This document shows positions 25,294 through 37,940 of a stretch of DNA of 64,000 nt, in pieces (position 1 is the first letter of the stretch; every line of letters starts with the position of its first letter). The position numbers and the translations under genes were made by a program. Source of the stretch: Felis catus. Lineage: Eukaryota. The stretch is taken from contig NC_058369.1 in the NCBI RefSeq assembly GCF_018350175.1, positions 18,354,001-18,418,000 on the forward strand. Reading direction: 5' to 3'. The notes beneath the pieces were generated by a model that saw only the letters and a list, made by a program, of their open reading frames with translations, had not been told where the DNA came from and made no database searches.

Positions 25294-25670
25294 AGGGTAT
25301 TACTTGGCAATCAAAAAGAATGAAATCTTGCCATTTACAACTATGTGGATGGAACTGGAGGGTATTATGCTAAGTGAAATTAGTCAGAGAAAGATAAATA
25401 TATGACTTCACTCATATGAGGACTTTAAGATACAAAACAGATGAACATAAGGGAAGGGAAACAAAAATAATATAAAAACAGGGAGGGGGACAAAGCATAA
25501 GAGACTCTTGAATATGGAGAACAAACAGAGGGTTACTGGAGGGGTTGTGGGAGGGGGGATGGGCTAAATGGGTAAGGGCCATTAAGGAATCTACTCCTGA
25601 AATCGTTGTTGCACTATATGCTAACTAGCTAACTTGGGTATAAATTTAAAAACTAAATTAAATTTAAAAA
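24253..25670 (+). mobile_element. 5'-truncated carnivore/felid L1 (ORF2 C-terminus and 3'UTR), frameshifted, with an internal (CA)n
   Basis: ORF2-like translations ([26 protein letters not shown]..., [26 protein letters not shown]), G-rich 3'UTR, A-rich tail, flanking AAAAGTTGTTT duplication. Confidence 0.95.
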
Positions 25671-25742
25671 AAAGTTGTTTCAGGGTCAAGAATGTAGCAC
25701 ATGAATTTTTTTTTCCTTTTTCTTTCTTTCTTTTTTTTTTTT

Positions 25743-25844
25743 AAATATGGAATGCTTCACGAATTTGCCTGTCATCCTTGTTCAGGGACCATGCTAATCT
25801 CTGTATCATTTCAATTTTAGTATATGTACTGCTGAAGTGAGCAC
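25743..25844 (-). pseudogene. RNU6: Full-length U6 snRNA retropseudogene
   Basis: The reverse complement aligns to U6 (GTGCTC...CATATACTAAAATT...GATACAGAGA...TTAGCATGG...AAATTCGTGAAGC...TTCCATATTT) with substitutions and a 3-nt deletion. A-rich tail at about 25706-25742; TSD AGC[A/C]CATGAATT. Confidence 0.92.
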
Positions 25845-25915
25845 AGCCCATGAATTCTTTAAAAAGCTGATGCAGGCTATTCAGGCTGATTTTCTCACTT
25901 TGAAATGTTGGTATT

Positions 25916-27875
25916 TTTTAAAAAGATTTTATTTTTAAGTAATCTCTATACCCAACATGGGGCTGTAACCCACAACCTTGAGATTGAGTCACATGCTCCA
26001 CCAACTGAGCCAGCCAGGTGCCGCAACATGTTGGTATTTTTTAAGATAGACCCTAAATTTTACATATAGTCTTAACTTAAGTTTTTTTTTTTTTAATGTT
26101 TATTTATTTTTGAGAGAGAGAGGGAGACAGAGCAGGAGCAGGGGAGGGGAAGAAAGAGAGGGAGACACTGAATCTGAAGCAGGCTGCAGGCTCTGAGCTG
26201 TCAGTGCAGAGTCCCATGCAGAGCTCAAACCCATAAACTGTGAGATGACCTGAGCTGAAGTCAGATGCTTAACCGACTGAGCTACTCAGGCACCCCTTAT
26301 TTGTTAGTTTTATATTTACTCATTTACCTTAGCAAATACATGAGATAAATTAGGGCTGCTATATTAATTTGTAAATAAATAAGTTGAAGTCACTGAGGAT
26401 ATTAACTTGTTCATTTTTGGGTACTAAGTTATCAGGGCAACATCTTTACATATCATGAAATCCTAACTTTCAAGCACAGATATACTTTATTATTTCTGTG
26501 ACAGTGAAGATGTATCACTTAGTGTCACCACTAGTATTTTTATGTTGAAAGAGCCAGAATTTCTTTAAAAGTTCTTTTGTTTTTAATTTTTTAAACATTT
26601 TTTTTTTGAGAGATAGCATGAGTGGGGGAGGGGCAGAGAGAGGGAGACAGAATCTGAAGCAGACTCTAGGCTCTGAGCTGTCAGCACAGAGCCCAACGCA
26701 GGGCTCAAACCCATGAACCCTGAGATCATGACCTAAGCCAAAGTCAGGTGCTTAACAGACCAAGCCACCCAGGAGCCCCTCTTAAAGAATTCTTAGACTA
26801 AGTATCCTTTCTCTTGAATACCTATCTTCCTTTAGTGAGAAAAGCAAAATGCTCTATTTGGAGTGTTTGATTCTATTGGTAAATAAACATTTTCCAGACA
26901 TTGAGAGACTTCTTTCCCCTAGGAATTCAGGCTCTAGGACCCTACCAGTTTCTCAGAGGCCCCTTTTGGCTATGGTAGGGTACTGCAGATGAGAAGCTAT
27001 ACTCACTTTCTTCTTCAAATAGATCAGTGTTAATTTTTTTCCCTCTGGGCATGGGATTATATCTTATTTGATTAAGATTTCTGCAGCAGGGGCAGGCTGG
27101 CCAACTCATTTGGTAGAGCATGTGACCCTTCATCCTGGGGTTGTGAGTTTGAGCCCCATGTTGGGCCCAGAGATTTTTTTTTAATTTATTACTTTTTTAA
27201 ATGTTTATTTTTGGAAAGAGAGAGAGACAAACAGACAGAATCCAAGCTGAGGAGGGGCAGAGAGAGAGGGAGACACAGAATCTGAAGCAGGCTCCAGGCA
27301 CTGAGCTGTCAGCACAGAGCCTGACATGGGGCTCAAACCCATGAACCGTGAGATCATGACCTGAGCTGAAGTCAGACACGTAACCAACTGAGACACCCAG
27401 GTTCCCCAACAGAGATTACTTAAAAAAAAAAAAGATTTCTGCAGCTAAAAAAGGTTTTTTGAAATGTGAAGTTTATTTCGATATTTTCTTCCTTCCTTGC
27501 TCACTCTCCCTATAACATTTCCTTTTTTTTTGTAGTGAAATGAGTTTCTGTTAACAATTATTTACAAGATAGCAAAAATATATATAACATTTATACAGAG
27601 AGAACAAATTATGAGGACTCTGAAGAATCTCCATGAAAAAAATCAAGCTTAAGATATTGACTATTATGTAGGCAAAAAAATCATAATTTTAATAAATTCT
27701 GGCAAAAATAAGACCCAAGATTCTAGATTTTAGACTTTTTTTGTCAATAAGTGCTTGTCAGAAATGTGGTAAGAATGGGGTACCTGGCTGACTTAGTCAG
27801 TAGAACATGCAACTCTTGATGTCAAGGTCATGAGTTCAAACCCTATGTTGGGTGTGGAGCCTACTTAAAAAAAAA
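25916..27875. mobile_element. Several SINECs (about 25916-26025, 26082-26296, 26580-26779, 27089-27430 nested, 27777-27875)
   Basis: SINE consensus matches. Confidence 0.85.
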
Positions 27876-29009
27876 TGTGGTGAAAAGGATTGAGAAATTT
27901 TTAAATGAGAGAAAGCATACCGCTGTAAATATGGAAACAGGAAAGTGATAAGACACGGTGCAGGATTCAAACATAAGAGATGCTACAAACTTATAGGACA
28001 TGGATTTACATATTGTGTTTTGAAAATACATATTTTCCCAAACTTATAGAAAGGGCTTATGGAGGGTTAGAAATCTCAAAAGAAGCCTAAGCTTTCAGAT
28101 TGCGTTTGTTACAACTCTTTTGGTGACAAATAAAAACTCACCTCAAACTAGCTTTGACAAAACAGAGGATATATTAATTAACTCTTTTAACCAATCTGGG
28201 AAGGACAGGAAATGAAATCAAATCAGAATCTCTTTTCTGTGCTTCTCTGTCCATCTATTCTTTGTTCTTTCCTGTTAAAGACCAGCTTCCTACCAACACA
28301 AAGAATGGGATTCTTTTTCCATTGTTTGAATTTGAAAAATCCTAGTGGAGGCTTCTGGTAGGCTTGCTTAGGTCATAGGGGTGAAAGGAGGGAGGTGTGA
28401 CTGGGAATCCTCACCAGAACCACTTTTTGGATGCATAAAGAATCAGTTCCCCATTAAAGGAGGACTCTGGGTACACCAGTGGATGGCCATTACCCGGATT
28501 ATTGTTTTTTGCCTGTAATATTTGAGAAAACAGATTAGTCTCATAACTAATGAATCACCTAAGAATGACAAATAGATTATAAAAATAACCATGTTCTTTC
28601 AATAATTGTTGATTACCATAGTGAGATTCTTTCATTCATTCATTAAATAAACACTGTGCTGGGCCCAGTACTACAAACTTGTCTTTGAAGTTGTTAGTCT
28701 GGTTAGGAAAACAGGCATTTGTTGGATAAATTATACAATTAGACCAGAGTTATTGTTTGTAAGCAATAGAAATAAGTTCATTTCAATGGAAAAGGAATTT
28801 TTTAAGAGAATATTTGAATGGGTTGTGGTTCTGGGTATGACAAAGTAAGCATACTCCATCCCATCTCTCCCACTGAATGCACCTAAAAGCCCTAAATACA
28901 GTTCATGTGGCGTTTGAGGACTATGAAAAGTAAATGGTAGCAGGTAGATTGGGGAAGGAAACCTGAATTCAAAGTATGAAAGTTCTGGCTTTGAGTTTCC
29001 TGGGGTTTT

Positions 29010-29467
29010 GTTTGTTTGTTTTTTAAATGTTTATTTATTTTACTTTGAGAGAATATGTGTATGTGAGCAGGGGAGGGGCAGAGAGAGAAAGGGAGAGAGA
29101 GAATCCCAAGTAGGCTTCACACTGTCAGTGTGGAGCCTGATGCGACGCTTGATCCCATGAACCACGAGACCATGATCTGAGCAGAAATCAAGAGTCGGAC
29201 ACTCAACTGACTGAGCCACCCAAGCGCCTCTGTTTGTTGTTGTTGTTGTCGTTGTTGTTGTTTTAATTTTTTAACATTTATTTGAGAGGAGAGAGAGAGA
29301 GAGTGAGCGAGCAGGAGTGGGGGAAGGGCAGAGAGAAAGGGAGACACAGAATCCGAAGCAGGCTCCAGGCTCTGAGCTGTCAGCACAGAACCTTGAATTC
29401 ACAAACCGTGAGATCATGACCTGAGCCGAAGTCAGGTGCTCAACCCACTGAGCCACCCAGGTGCCCC
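29010..29467 (-). mobile_element. Two SINECs separated by (TTG)n
   Basis: SINE bodies. Confidence 0.85.
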
Positions 29468-30299
29468 TCTGTTTGTTTGTTTTTAAGCAAAATTTAAAAT
29501 GCTTGCTCTGCAACAATCACTGTTAAGAGAATGAAAAGATGAACTGCTGTGCCAGTACAGATTCTGCTGCCCACTCCTGTCCAGTGTAGTAGCCAATGTC
29601 ATCCTGTACACTTTTACCATTACCCTGGAGCTCTATCTTCCTTCTACTGGAGCCACAGCCACTAGAGAGAGAACTCACGGTCTTTTTCTCCTGACTCCTG
29701 GTCTGCAAGTTATATGTGAGAAAAGAACCTAGGCTAAGAAAGCAAGTCCCTGGCACTTCAACCTCTAGAGGAAAAAAGAGGCTCTTCTCCCCAGGATCCC
29801 TAACCTGAGGAACTACTTAAACAGAAAATAGAGTCAGATACAAACCAGCCTAAAATGAAGACTCTGGACTTCCTACTCTAAATACAAAGTTGTAAATGGT
29901 GTAGTAGAGCCTGCATCCAAATGCTTTGAAGGCATGAGGATTGGCTCCCACCTCTGACTGGGAGTCAGGAAAGACTCTATCCAAAGGAGCACATCTAAGC
30001 TGAGTGGGAATTTTGGGCAGAGATCTTGCCGTCTGTCAGATTCTCAATCGAGCCTTTTGAATCAGCTTACTCTGTGAACCACCATTAACAACGTTTTATA
30101 TAACTCTGCTCTATTTTTATGTATTTAAAAAAATAAAAAATGGTATCATTTCCTATGGACTGTTTTTCAATCTGCTTTTTAAATTCAGTAATCTTTAACG
30201 ATTATGTTTCTGTTTCATCTACAAAATCATTTCTAATGATTTCACTGTATTCTATCATATAGACCTTTCAAAGGTTATGTTTTAAATATTTAATACAGC

Positions 30300-31282
30300 A
30301 TGAGAGAGTGCCAAGAATACATGATGGGGAAATATTAATCTTTTCAACAAATGGTGTTGGAAAAACTGGATCCATATGCAAAAAAATGAAAAAGGACTTT
30401 TATCCTATACCATGCATAAAAATCAACTCAAAATGGATTAAAGACTTAAACATAAGACTTGAGGCTGTAGAAATCCTAGAAGAAAAACATAGGTAAAAAG
30501 CTTCTTGACATTAGCTTTCTGAATGATTTGTTGAATATGATACCAGAAGCACAATCATCAAAACCCAAAATAGACAAGTGGGATTACATCAAATTAAAAC
30601 ATTTCTATGCAGCAAAGGAAAAATCAGCAAAATGAAAAGGCAGCCTATGGAATGGTAGAAAATATTTGTAAACCATATATATGATAAACTGTTAATAAAT
30701 ATATAAGGAACGCCTACAGTTCAATAGTGTAAAAACAAATAGCCCAGTTAAAAGATGGCCAAAGGAACTGAATATACACATATGTAAAGAAGACATACAA
30801 TGGCCAACAGGTGTATGAAAAGGTGCTCAACATCACTAGTCACCAGGGAATTGCAAATCAAAACCACAATGAAATATCATCTTACATCAATCAGGATGAC
30901 TATTATAAAATATTTGTTTGTTTGTTTGTTTGTTTGTTTGTTTATAAGTGTTGGCAAGGATGTGGAGAAAAGGGAATCCTTATATATTGATGGTGGGAAT
31001 GTAAATTGGTGCAACCCCATTTCTAAGTATATGTCCAAAGGAATTATATCAGTATCTCAAAGAGATATCTGCACTGCCATATTCATTTCAGCATTATTTA
31101 CAATATGCAAGAGATGGGAGTAACCTAAATGTCAATCAGTGAATGAACAGATAAAGAAAAAGTGGTATATACATATAATGGAATAGTCTTCAGCCTTAAA
31201 AAAGAAAGTTCTGTCACTTGTGACAATATGGATGAACCTGAAGGATGTTATGTTAAATAAGTCAGACACAGAAGGACAAATA
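30300..31282 (+). mobile_element. Older L1 ORF2 3' fragment
   Basis: Degenerate ORF2 translations ([42 protein letters not shown]). Confidence 0.9.
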
Positions 31283-31430
31283 CAGTTGACCTTTGGACAA
31301 CACAGGTGTGAACTGTGCAGATCTGCTTATATGCAAATTTTTATATTACAGTATTGTAAATATTTTTTCTTATGGTTTTCTTAACATTTTCTTTTCTTTA
31401 GCTTACTTTATTGTAAGAATATAGTATTAT
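31283..31430 (+). mobile_element. Tigger2/MER28-like DNA transposon fragment
   Basis: TA|CAGTTGACCTTTGGACAACACAGGTGTGAACTGTGCAG terminal motif. Confidence 0.65.
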
Positions 31431-32047
31431 TCAGTCAGTATGGCTCAGTCAGTTGAGTGTCTGACTTTGCTCAGGTCATAATCTCTCAGTTCGTGAGTTC
31501 GAGTCCCCCATGCAGTTTATGGGTTTGAGTCCCCATTGGGCTCACTGCTGTCACTGCGGAGCCCAGTTTGGATCCTCTGTCCCCCTCTGTTTCTGCCCCT
31601 CCCCCTTCAAGGTCTTTCTCTCAAAAATAATAAACATTTAAAAAATACAGCTTGAACACTCACCATTCAGAACAAATGCTGACTGTAAGCAATTGATACA
31701 GCTATGTCTTCATGCGAGGTTGCTGTCAGCTCTGCATGTACTATAATTTACTTAAATACATTGTTATTGAACATCTCAATAAGCATATTTGATTCAATAA
31801 GCTTCGATCATTTTTTTAAATAAAGATCATTCAATTTGAATGGATTTTGGAAACTGCATTAAAAACAGCTAGGTAAGCTCCTTGAAGGTAGGGAGTTGAG
31901 TTTCACTCCACATCACTAAAACTTATAACCAAAGACCTGTCATAAAAGAGGGCTCAATAAATAGTTGTTGAATAAATGAGTGGATTTTCAAAGCAAAATA
32001 ATTCAACATAGGGCACTAAAGAACTTCCTTCCATTCTTAAAAATAGG

Positions 32048-32050
<3 letters not shown>

Positions 32051-32090
<40 letters not shown>

Positions 32091-32120
32091 CGCGTGTGTG
32101 TGTGTGTGCATGTGCGTGTG
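32051..32120. repeat. (TG)n/(CG) alternating purine-pyrimidine microsatellite
   Basis: Direct observation. Confidence 0.95.
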
Positions 32121-32744
32121 CATTTTAGCTCAGATGAACAGAATTTCCCAATTGACTTTTTCTAGAGAAAAGATTAGGTCACAATTGACTTCCATGAACT
32201 TATACATAATATTGGGGCAGATGGGAAATCTCTATTTTTGAGCATTCTTTTTTATTTTATTTTGGTAAAGAATAATAATTGCTTCCAAATGAACAGTAGC
32301 TTTTAATGAAAGTTTCAATTATCAAGCACTCAATGTTTTTACTCTCTTTACTAAGCATCTTTTAAGGACTTTGGATAAATCAGAACTTGACATTTCAATT
32401 CAGACAAGGTGTAATCAAGGATTAAAAAACAGTTAAGGTAATGGGAGCTATCAGATATATATAAAACATTTCAATATAAAATTATATACAAACAGTATTT
32501 AATTTGTATAATATAGTTTCATGTTGGGAACATTGGTTTCCAATTGTACTAATAAGGAGTGAGGTTGTTACATATTATATTTAATAGAGGCTTTCATGGG
32601 CAGCATTTTGGTAGCATTATTAGACTTTAGACATCTTTAAAATTTTATGTATTTTTTCAATCAAGTTATTACATGTACATAGTTTTTTTAAAACTATAAT
32701 TAGGATTATAATGAAAAACACCAGGCCTATCTTTATCCATTTCT

Positions 32745-35216
32745 TTTTTTTTTTTTTTTAAGTTTATTTATTTGTTTTGAGAGAGAGAGAATGAGCAGGG
32801 AGCAGGGAAGAGGTAGAGAGAAAGGGAGAGAGAAAATCCCAATCAGGCTCCCCACTGAGAGTGCAGAGCCCAACATGGAGCTCAAACCCACGAACTTATG
32901 AGATCATGACCTGAGCCCAAATCAAGAGTCAGATGTGAGCCACCCAGGCACCCCTCTTTCTCCACTTCTAATTCCCTTTTCCTTTTTGCAACCAAATTGC
33001 AACCTTTTTAGCTATGACAGTACTTAACCTCCATATATCTTATGGCATATGTTAGATAACTTATATTATCATTTATTGATTTTTCAGCTTCAGAGAATGA
33101 CTCGCTACCCTGGAATAAAAAGTTGCTTCTCTGCCTCCTCCATCATAAACTTCTCCTCTTCCATCATCCCGATATAGTTGTATGGACATTTTCAGTTAAA
33201 TTACTTTTCTTTTTTAAAAAAAATTTTGTTAATGTTTATTTATTTTTGAGACAGAGAGACAGAGTGTGAGCAGGGGAGGGGCAGAGAAAGAGGGAGACAC
33301 AGAATCAGAAACAGGCTCTAGGCTGTCAGCACAGAGCCCGACGCGGGGCTCGAACTCACAGACCGTGAGATCATGACCTGAGCTGAAGTTAGACGCTTAA
33401 CCAACTGAGCCACCCGGGTGCCCCTCAGTTAAATCACTTCTCAATCTTTAAATCCTTATCTGGATAGCCTAGAAAAATTATATGTATTATGATTATATTT
33501 TCCTAATGTTAAAAATTGTCTTGTTTTCTTTTTTGCTGAGTTTTCTATGTAGGAATCTGTCTTTCCCCAAATTCTACACAGAACTTTTAGTTAAAAAGCT
33601 CCTTGTTTGGGGTTCCTGGGTGGCTCAGTTGGTTAAGTGTCCAACTTTGGCTCAGGTCATGATCTCATGGTCCGTGAGTTCAAGCCCCACGTCGAGCTGT
33701 GTGGAGCCTGCTTCAGATTCTGTGTCTCCTCTTTCTCTGCTCTTTCCCACTCATGCTCTGTCTCTGTCTCTCTCTCTTTCTCAAAAATAAATAAACATTA
33801 AAAAATTTTTTTAATAAAAAATAAAATTAAATTTAAAAAGCTCTTTGTTTTATATTCAAACACATCAGAAATTCTTTCAGTGTCATTTTCTTCTCAGAGT
33901 CATTCTTCCTAATTCTTATCTGAACTTGCTCTGCAGTGCAGCTGTCATTCTGAATCTTCCCTTCACCATTGTCCTAGGCATTCCTACCTCTTCTCTCCAA
34001 TGTTGGATTCTCTGCTACTTGGATCCTTTTCTTTCTTAGTTTACTCCTTGGATTTGGTGGAGCATATATTCCAGAAACTTCCTGACAACAGATGCATGGC
34101 ACCTAAGTAATTTTTTGAGACCTTGCATATCTGAAATTCTTTACTTTCCCCTCACACTTGATTGCAAATTAGAATTCTAGATTGGTTCATTATTTTTCTT
34201 CAAAATTTCTAAAGCATTGCTCCTATTGCCATATCACTTTATATGTTGCTTTTAAGAGATTTGATGCAGGGGGTGAGGGGGCCTGGGTGACTCCGTTGGT
34301 TAAGTGTCCAACTCTTGATTTCTGCTCAGGTCATGATCCTAGCATTGTGGGAAGGATCCCTGTGTCGGACTTTGTGCTGGGCATGGAGCCTGATTAGGAT
34401 TCTCTCTCACTCTGTCTCTGCCCCTCTCCCCTGCTTTCATGCTCTCTCTCTCTCAAAAAAAAAAAAAAAAAAAAGATAAGTAAATAAAATAAAATGAAAA
34501 TTTTATAGAACAATTAGACTGACTTTAAAAGGAAAATGTTAGGGGCACCTGGCTGACTCAGTAGGTTGAGTATCCAAAAGACTTGGTACGAATAGTAGTT
34601 CTATTTGGACTTAAAAATTGATGTTTGCGTTTATATTGTGTAGATTAGAGAAACAAAATCTGTAAAATTTTTCATGATAATCCATGTGTGAATCTTTTCA
34701 AAAGTGGGATATTCATTTGAGGAATAATTGTAATAGTTTCTTTTTCATTAGAAATTACTATTGCTCCCAGAATTGTCTCTACCCATTCTTACAGTCAAAA
34801 TAATAGTCTTTAGACTAAGATATATCCAGGAATTTTGTACTACCAGAAAGAAACCACTATCTTCTGAAGCCATTGTTGCTATAAAAACAAAAGCTGGCCT
34901 GTTTTACTGTAGTAATTACTTGAGTTGCTAAAAATAAAAATTAGCAAAAAAAAAATTTTTTTTTAAGTTTTATGTATTTTGAGGGAGACAGAGACAGTGT
35001 GAGTAGGGGAGGGGTAGAGCACAGAACCCAATGTGGGTCTTGAATCTACAAAACTGAGATCATGACCTGAGCTAAAAACCAAGAGTTGGATGCTTAACCT
35101 ACTGAGCCACCCAGGTGCCCCTAATATTTAACCTTTTTAAAGATACATATAGAGTAAATTTTATTTTCTTCTTCTTCTTTTTTTGGTATCTGGCAGGTTT
35201 AAATGTTCATTTATTT

Positions 35217-35256
<40 letters not shown>

Positions 35257-35438
35257 GGGGGAGGGGCAGAGAGAGAGGGAGAGAGAGAATCCCAAGTAGG
35301 CTCCATGATCAGCTCGGAGCCTGGCACCGGGCTTGACGTGGGACTTGATGTGGGACTCAGTCTCACAACCGAGAGATCATGACCTGATCCCATATCAGGA
35401 TTCAGATGCTTAACCAACTGAGCAACCCAGGTGCCCCT
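32745..35438. mobile_element. SINEC-rich interval (about seven copies, both strands) with old L1 fragments
   Basis: SINE heads or tails at about 32745, 33215, 33609, 34277, 34542, 34955 and 35200. Confidence 0.8.
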
Positions 35439-35658
35439 AGAGTAGATTTTAAAAAGAAAAAAGTGGTTTGCTTTGGCAATGGTCATGAAAAGTCTATGTT
35501 CTAATTTTTTTATGGCTGGACACTAAGGTTTTTCAGGGTTGAGTCTCCCAGCTCTAACTAAGCACTGTTTTACAGCCTGCCATGTTCATGGAATTGATTC
35601 TGGTACATTTTCAGTATTTCACAAAGATTCATTTTCTTTTTTTTCTTGCTCATTCTAG

Positions 35659-35707
35659 TGAGACTCTATACAACTTCATTTCCCATATCAGAGAAAGCAT
35701 TCACAAG
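35659..35707 (+). CDS. IHO1: IHO1 coding exon 4 (ETLYNFISHIRESIHK)
   Basis: TTCTAG acceptor, GTAAGT donor, 49 nt, phase-consistent. Confidence 0.93.
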
Positions 35708-35897
35708 GTAAGTATAGCTACATGTCAAGAAATTAGAACATTTTACGTTTTAAGAAGTTTAATAATTACATTGCATTGACCTTAATTCAAATAGAATAGC
35801 AAGATTTTAACTCTTTTTTTAATCATTAAATGACAATACTCCAAGTTAGTAAAATAAGGCAACAGTCTGAATTTTTTCTTAATTTCGGGTTTCTTAG

Positions 35898-35985
35898 TTG
35901 CAGGCATCTGTGGAAAAGTCTGAGGAACATCTCAGTTCAAGAAGTCAATCTATTTTAGATTGTTTGGAGACTGTGGCCAAGACAT
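35898..35985 (+). CDS. IHO1: IHO1 coding exon 5 (LQASVEKSEEHLSSRSQSILDCLETVAKT)
   Basis: TTCTTAG acceptor, GTGAGT donor, 88 nt, phase-consistent. Confidence 0.95.
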
Positions 35986-37940
35986 GTGAGTATCTCGTGT
36001 TTGGGGTTATCAGCAGAGGGCACTAGTGAGCAGAGAACTGAACTTTCTGACCCTAGCCATGTTTCTGCCAGTGGTGAGGTTTCACAGTATTTCAGATGAG
36101 AGGATGGGTACATAAGGTTAGTCTTGAAGAGATGTGGAGCACGCTGAACTGGATAGTAGGAACCCCTATGTATGGGGATGTTCCTGGTCCTTAGATGCCC
36201 TCTGTGAACCACTAATCCTCCACCCAGTAACCCCACTGCCTCTGGGTAGGCTAGCTCTGCCAGATTTCTCATCTCACTGCCTGAAGTGAATCAGCAGCAT
36301 CCCTGAGTCCCAAATGAATTGCTGGTTATGCTGTCTGTAAAGACATTGTTCCCTTAGGACTTAGAAATAAAGACTCTGCTCACTTTGGAGTTAGAAATAC
36401 TCCAGTCACCGCCTCTTCTTCTTTCTGTCTTGGTTTCAGTGAGAGCTATTCCGTAGTGAATCACAGCATCTTTCTCCATTTCAGTTATAGTTAGTGGTTT
36501 GTAAAGTCCCATGCTCTGCCAAGTAGTGATTTATGTTTAGATAAAACCATGGTCCTGGCTCTTACTAAACAGAAGAGAGCCATAACACAGCTCTCCTTAG
36601 GTGGACACCTCTGTAGAACCAACAGCTTCTCAGCTAAATGGCAAGATGATGACTGCATCTGCACTTGTTTGCATTTCTCTGTGTGTTTATTTTTTATTTT
36701 AAACAAATTGAAGTCAACTTATTTAAATGCTTTGGGATGGATTGCTCATGATTTACAAAAATTAATGCCTTTGTGTGGCTTAGAAATTAATCTCCATCTG
36801 TCTGTAAAAAAAGCACTGTACTGTCTGCTGGCTTCCAACCTGGGTATCCCCCACACAGGGCAACTGTGCATCTGTTTGGAAATCAGTTCTGGAAGCCTGG
36901 GACTATTATCCTCACAAGAAGTAACAAGACAAAGAGCAGAAGCAAATCAGGAATGCTTCCTTTGTGTAACATGATAGAATAACTCATTTGGAAGTGTCCA
37001 AGGAGAGTACTCTTCTCGCTTTCTACATTTAAAACTAGGTGAAATGCAAAAGGAGGGTTGCAGCAAAAATGTGACATTCTTAGTCCAGTACGGGAAATGG
37101 AAGTGCTTAAGTCCCAATACAAGGTCAAGGCAGAGTGAGGACTAGAACTGGGTCTGGCTTATAGTAGGCATAGGGGTCCCAATCCTTCACCCCTGACGGT
37201 TCCTTTTTAGAGGGTAAGATTTAGGAGAAGGAGCCACATTGATAGGGAAAACAGTAACAGACAGTGTAGCATCATATTAATTAGAAAGCCAGATCATTCT
37301 TGAAAATGAGCACAAGTAGTCTGTCCAGAGTCATTCCCTTTCTTGGTAGGTAGTGATGAGGATCAGGAAGTTAGTCATTGAAAGAGGAACCAGACAAATC
37401 CTCTATCATCATCTGGTCTGGCCCAGTCCAGCTGACCTGAAGCCCTGAATTTGCCAGTCAATACATTCTGCAGCCCTCAGTATGCACTGACTGTGGCTTG
37501 TAAGGGAAAGGGAAAGAGAAAAGATGTTGTGTGAAAGTACTCTCTTGTGCTATTATGTAATGGGCGCCTTCACAGAATGAGGTCATGAAATCTTTCCCTA
37601 GTCACAGTCTGCCTGTTCAACCAGAAGGATCACTCAAAGGCATCTAATCTAACTCCTCTTGTTCTTTAGCTGAGGACCAAGAACCAGAGTAATAGAATGA
37701 ATTGCCAAGGCCATTCACATCCTACTTTAGTTTAGGTTTAGTTAGCCTCAGTAGAGAGCAGTACAATCTAATAGGTATCGGTTCTATTGAAAAATACGAT
37801 CATTAGGAAAATAAAAATGAGGGGCTGTACTGAAAATCAGAAAATGTCTCTTTTGGAAAATAGATAACTCTACATAAAAATAAATTCCATATGAATCAAT
37901 ATATTAAGTGTAATTATTAAGTCATAAAAAGAGCTATAAG

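Noticed and set aside
24703..25323. ORFs resembling L1 ORF2
   Set aside because: 5'-truncated, frameshifted and interrupted by (CA)n; not an active element
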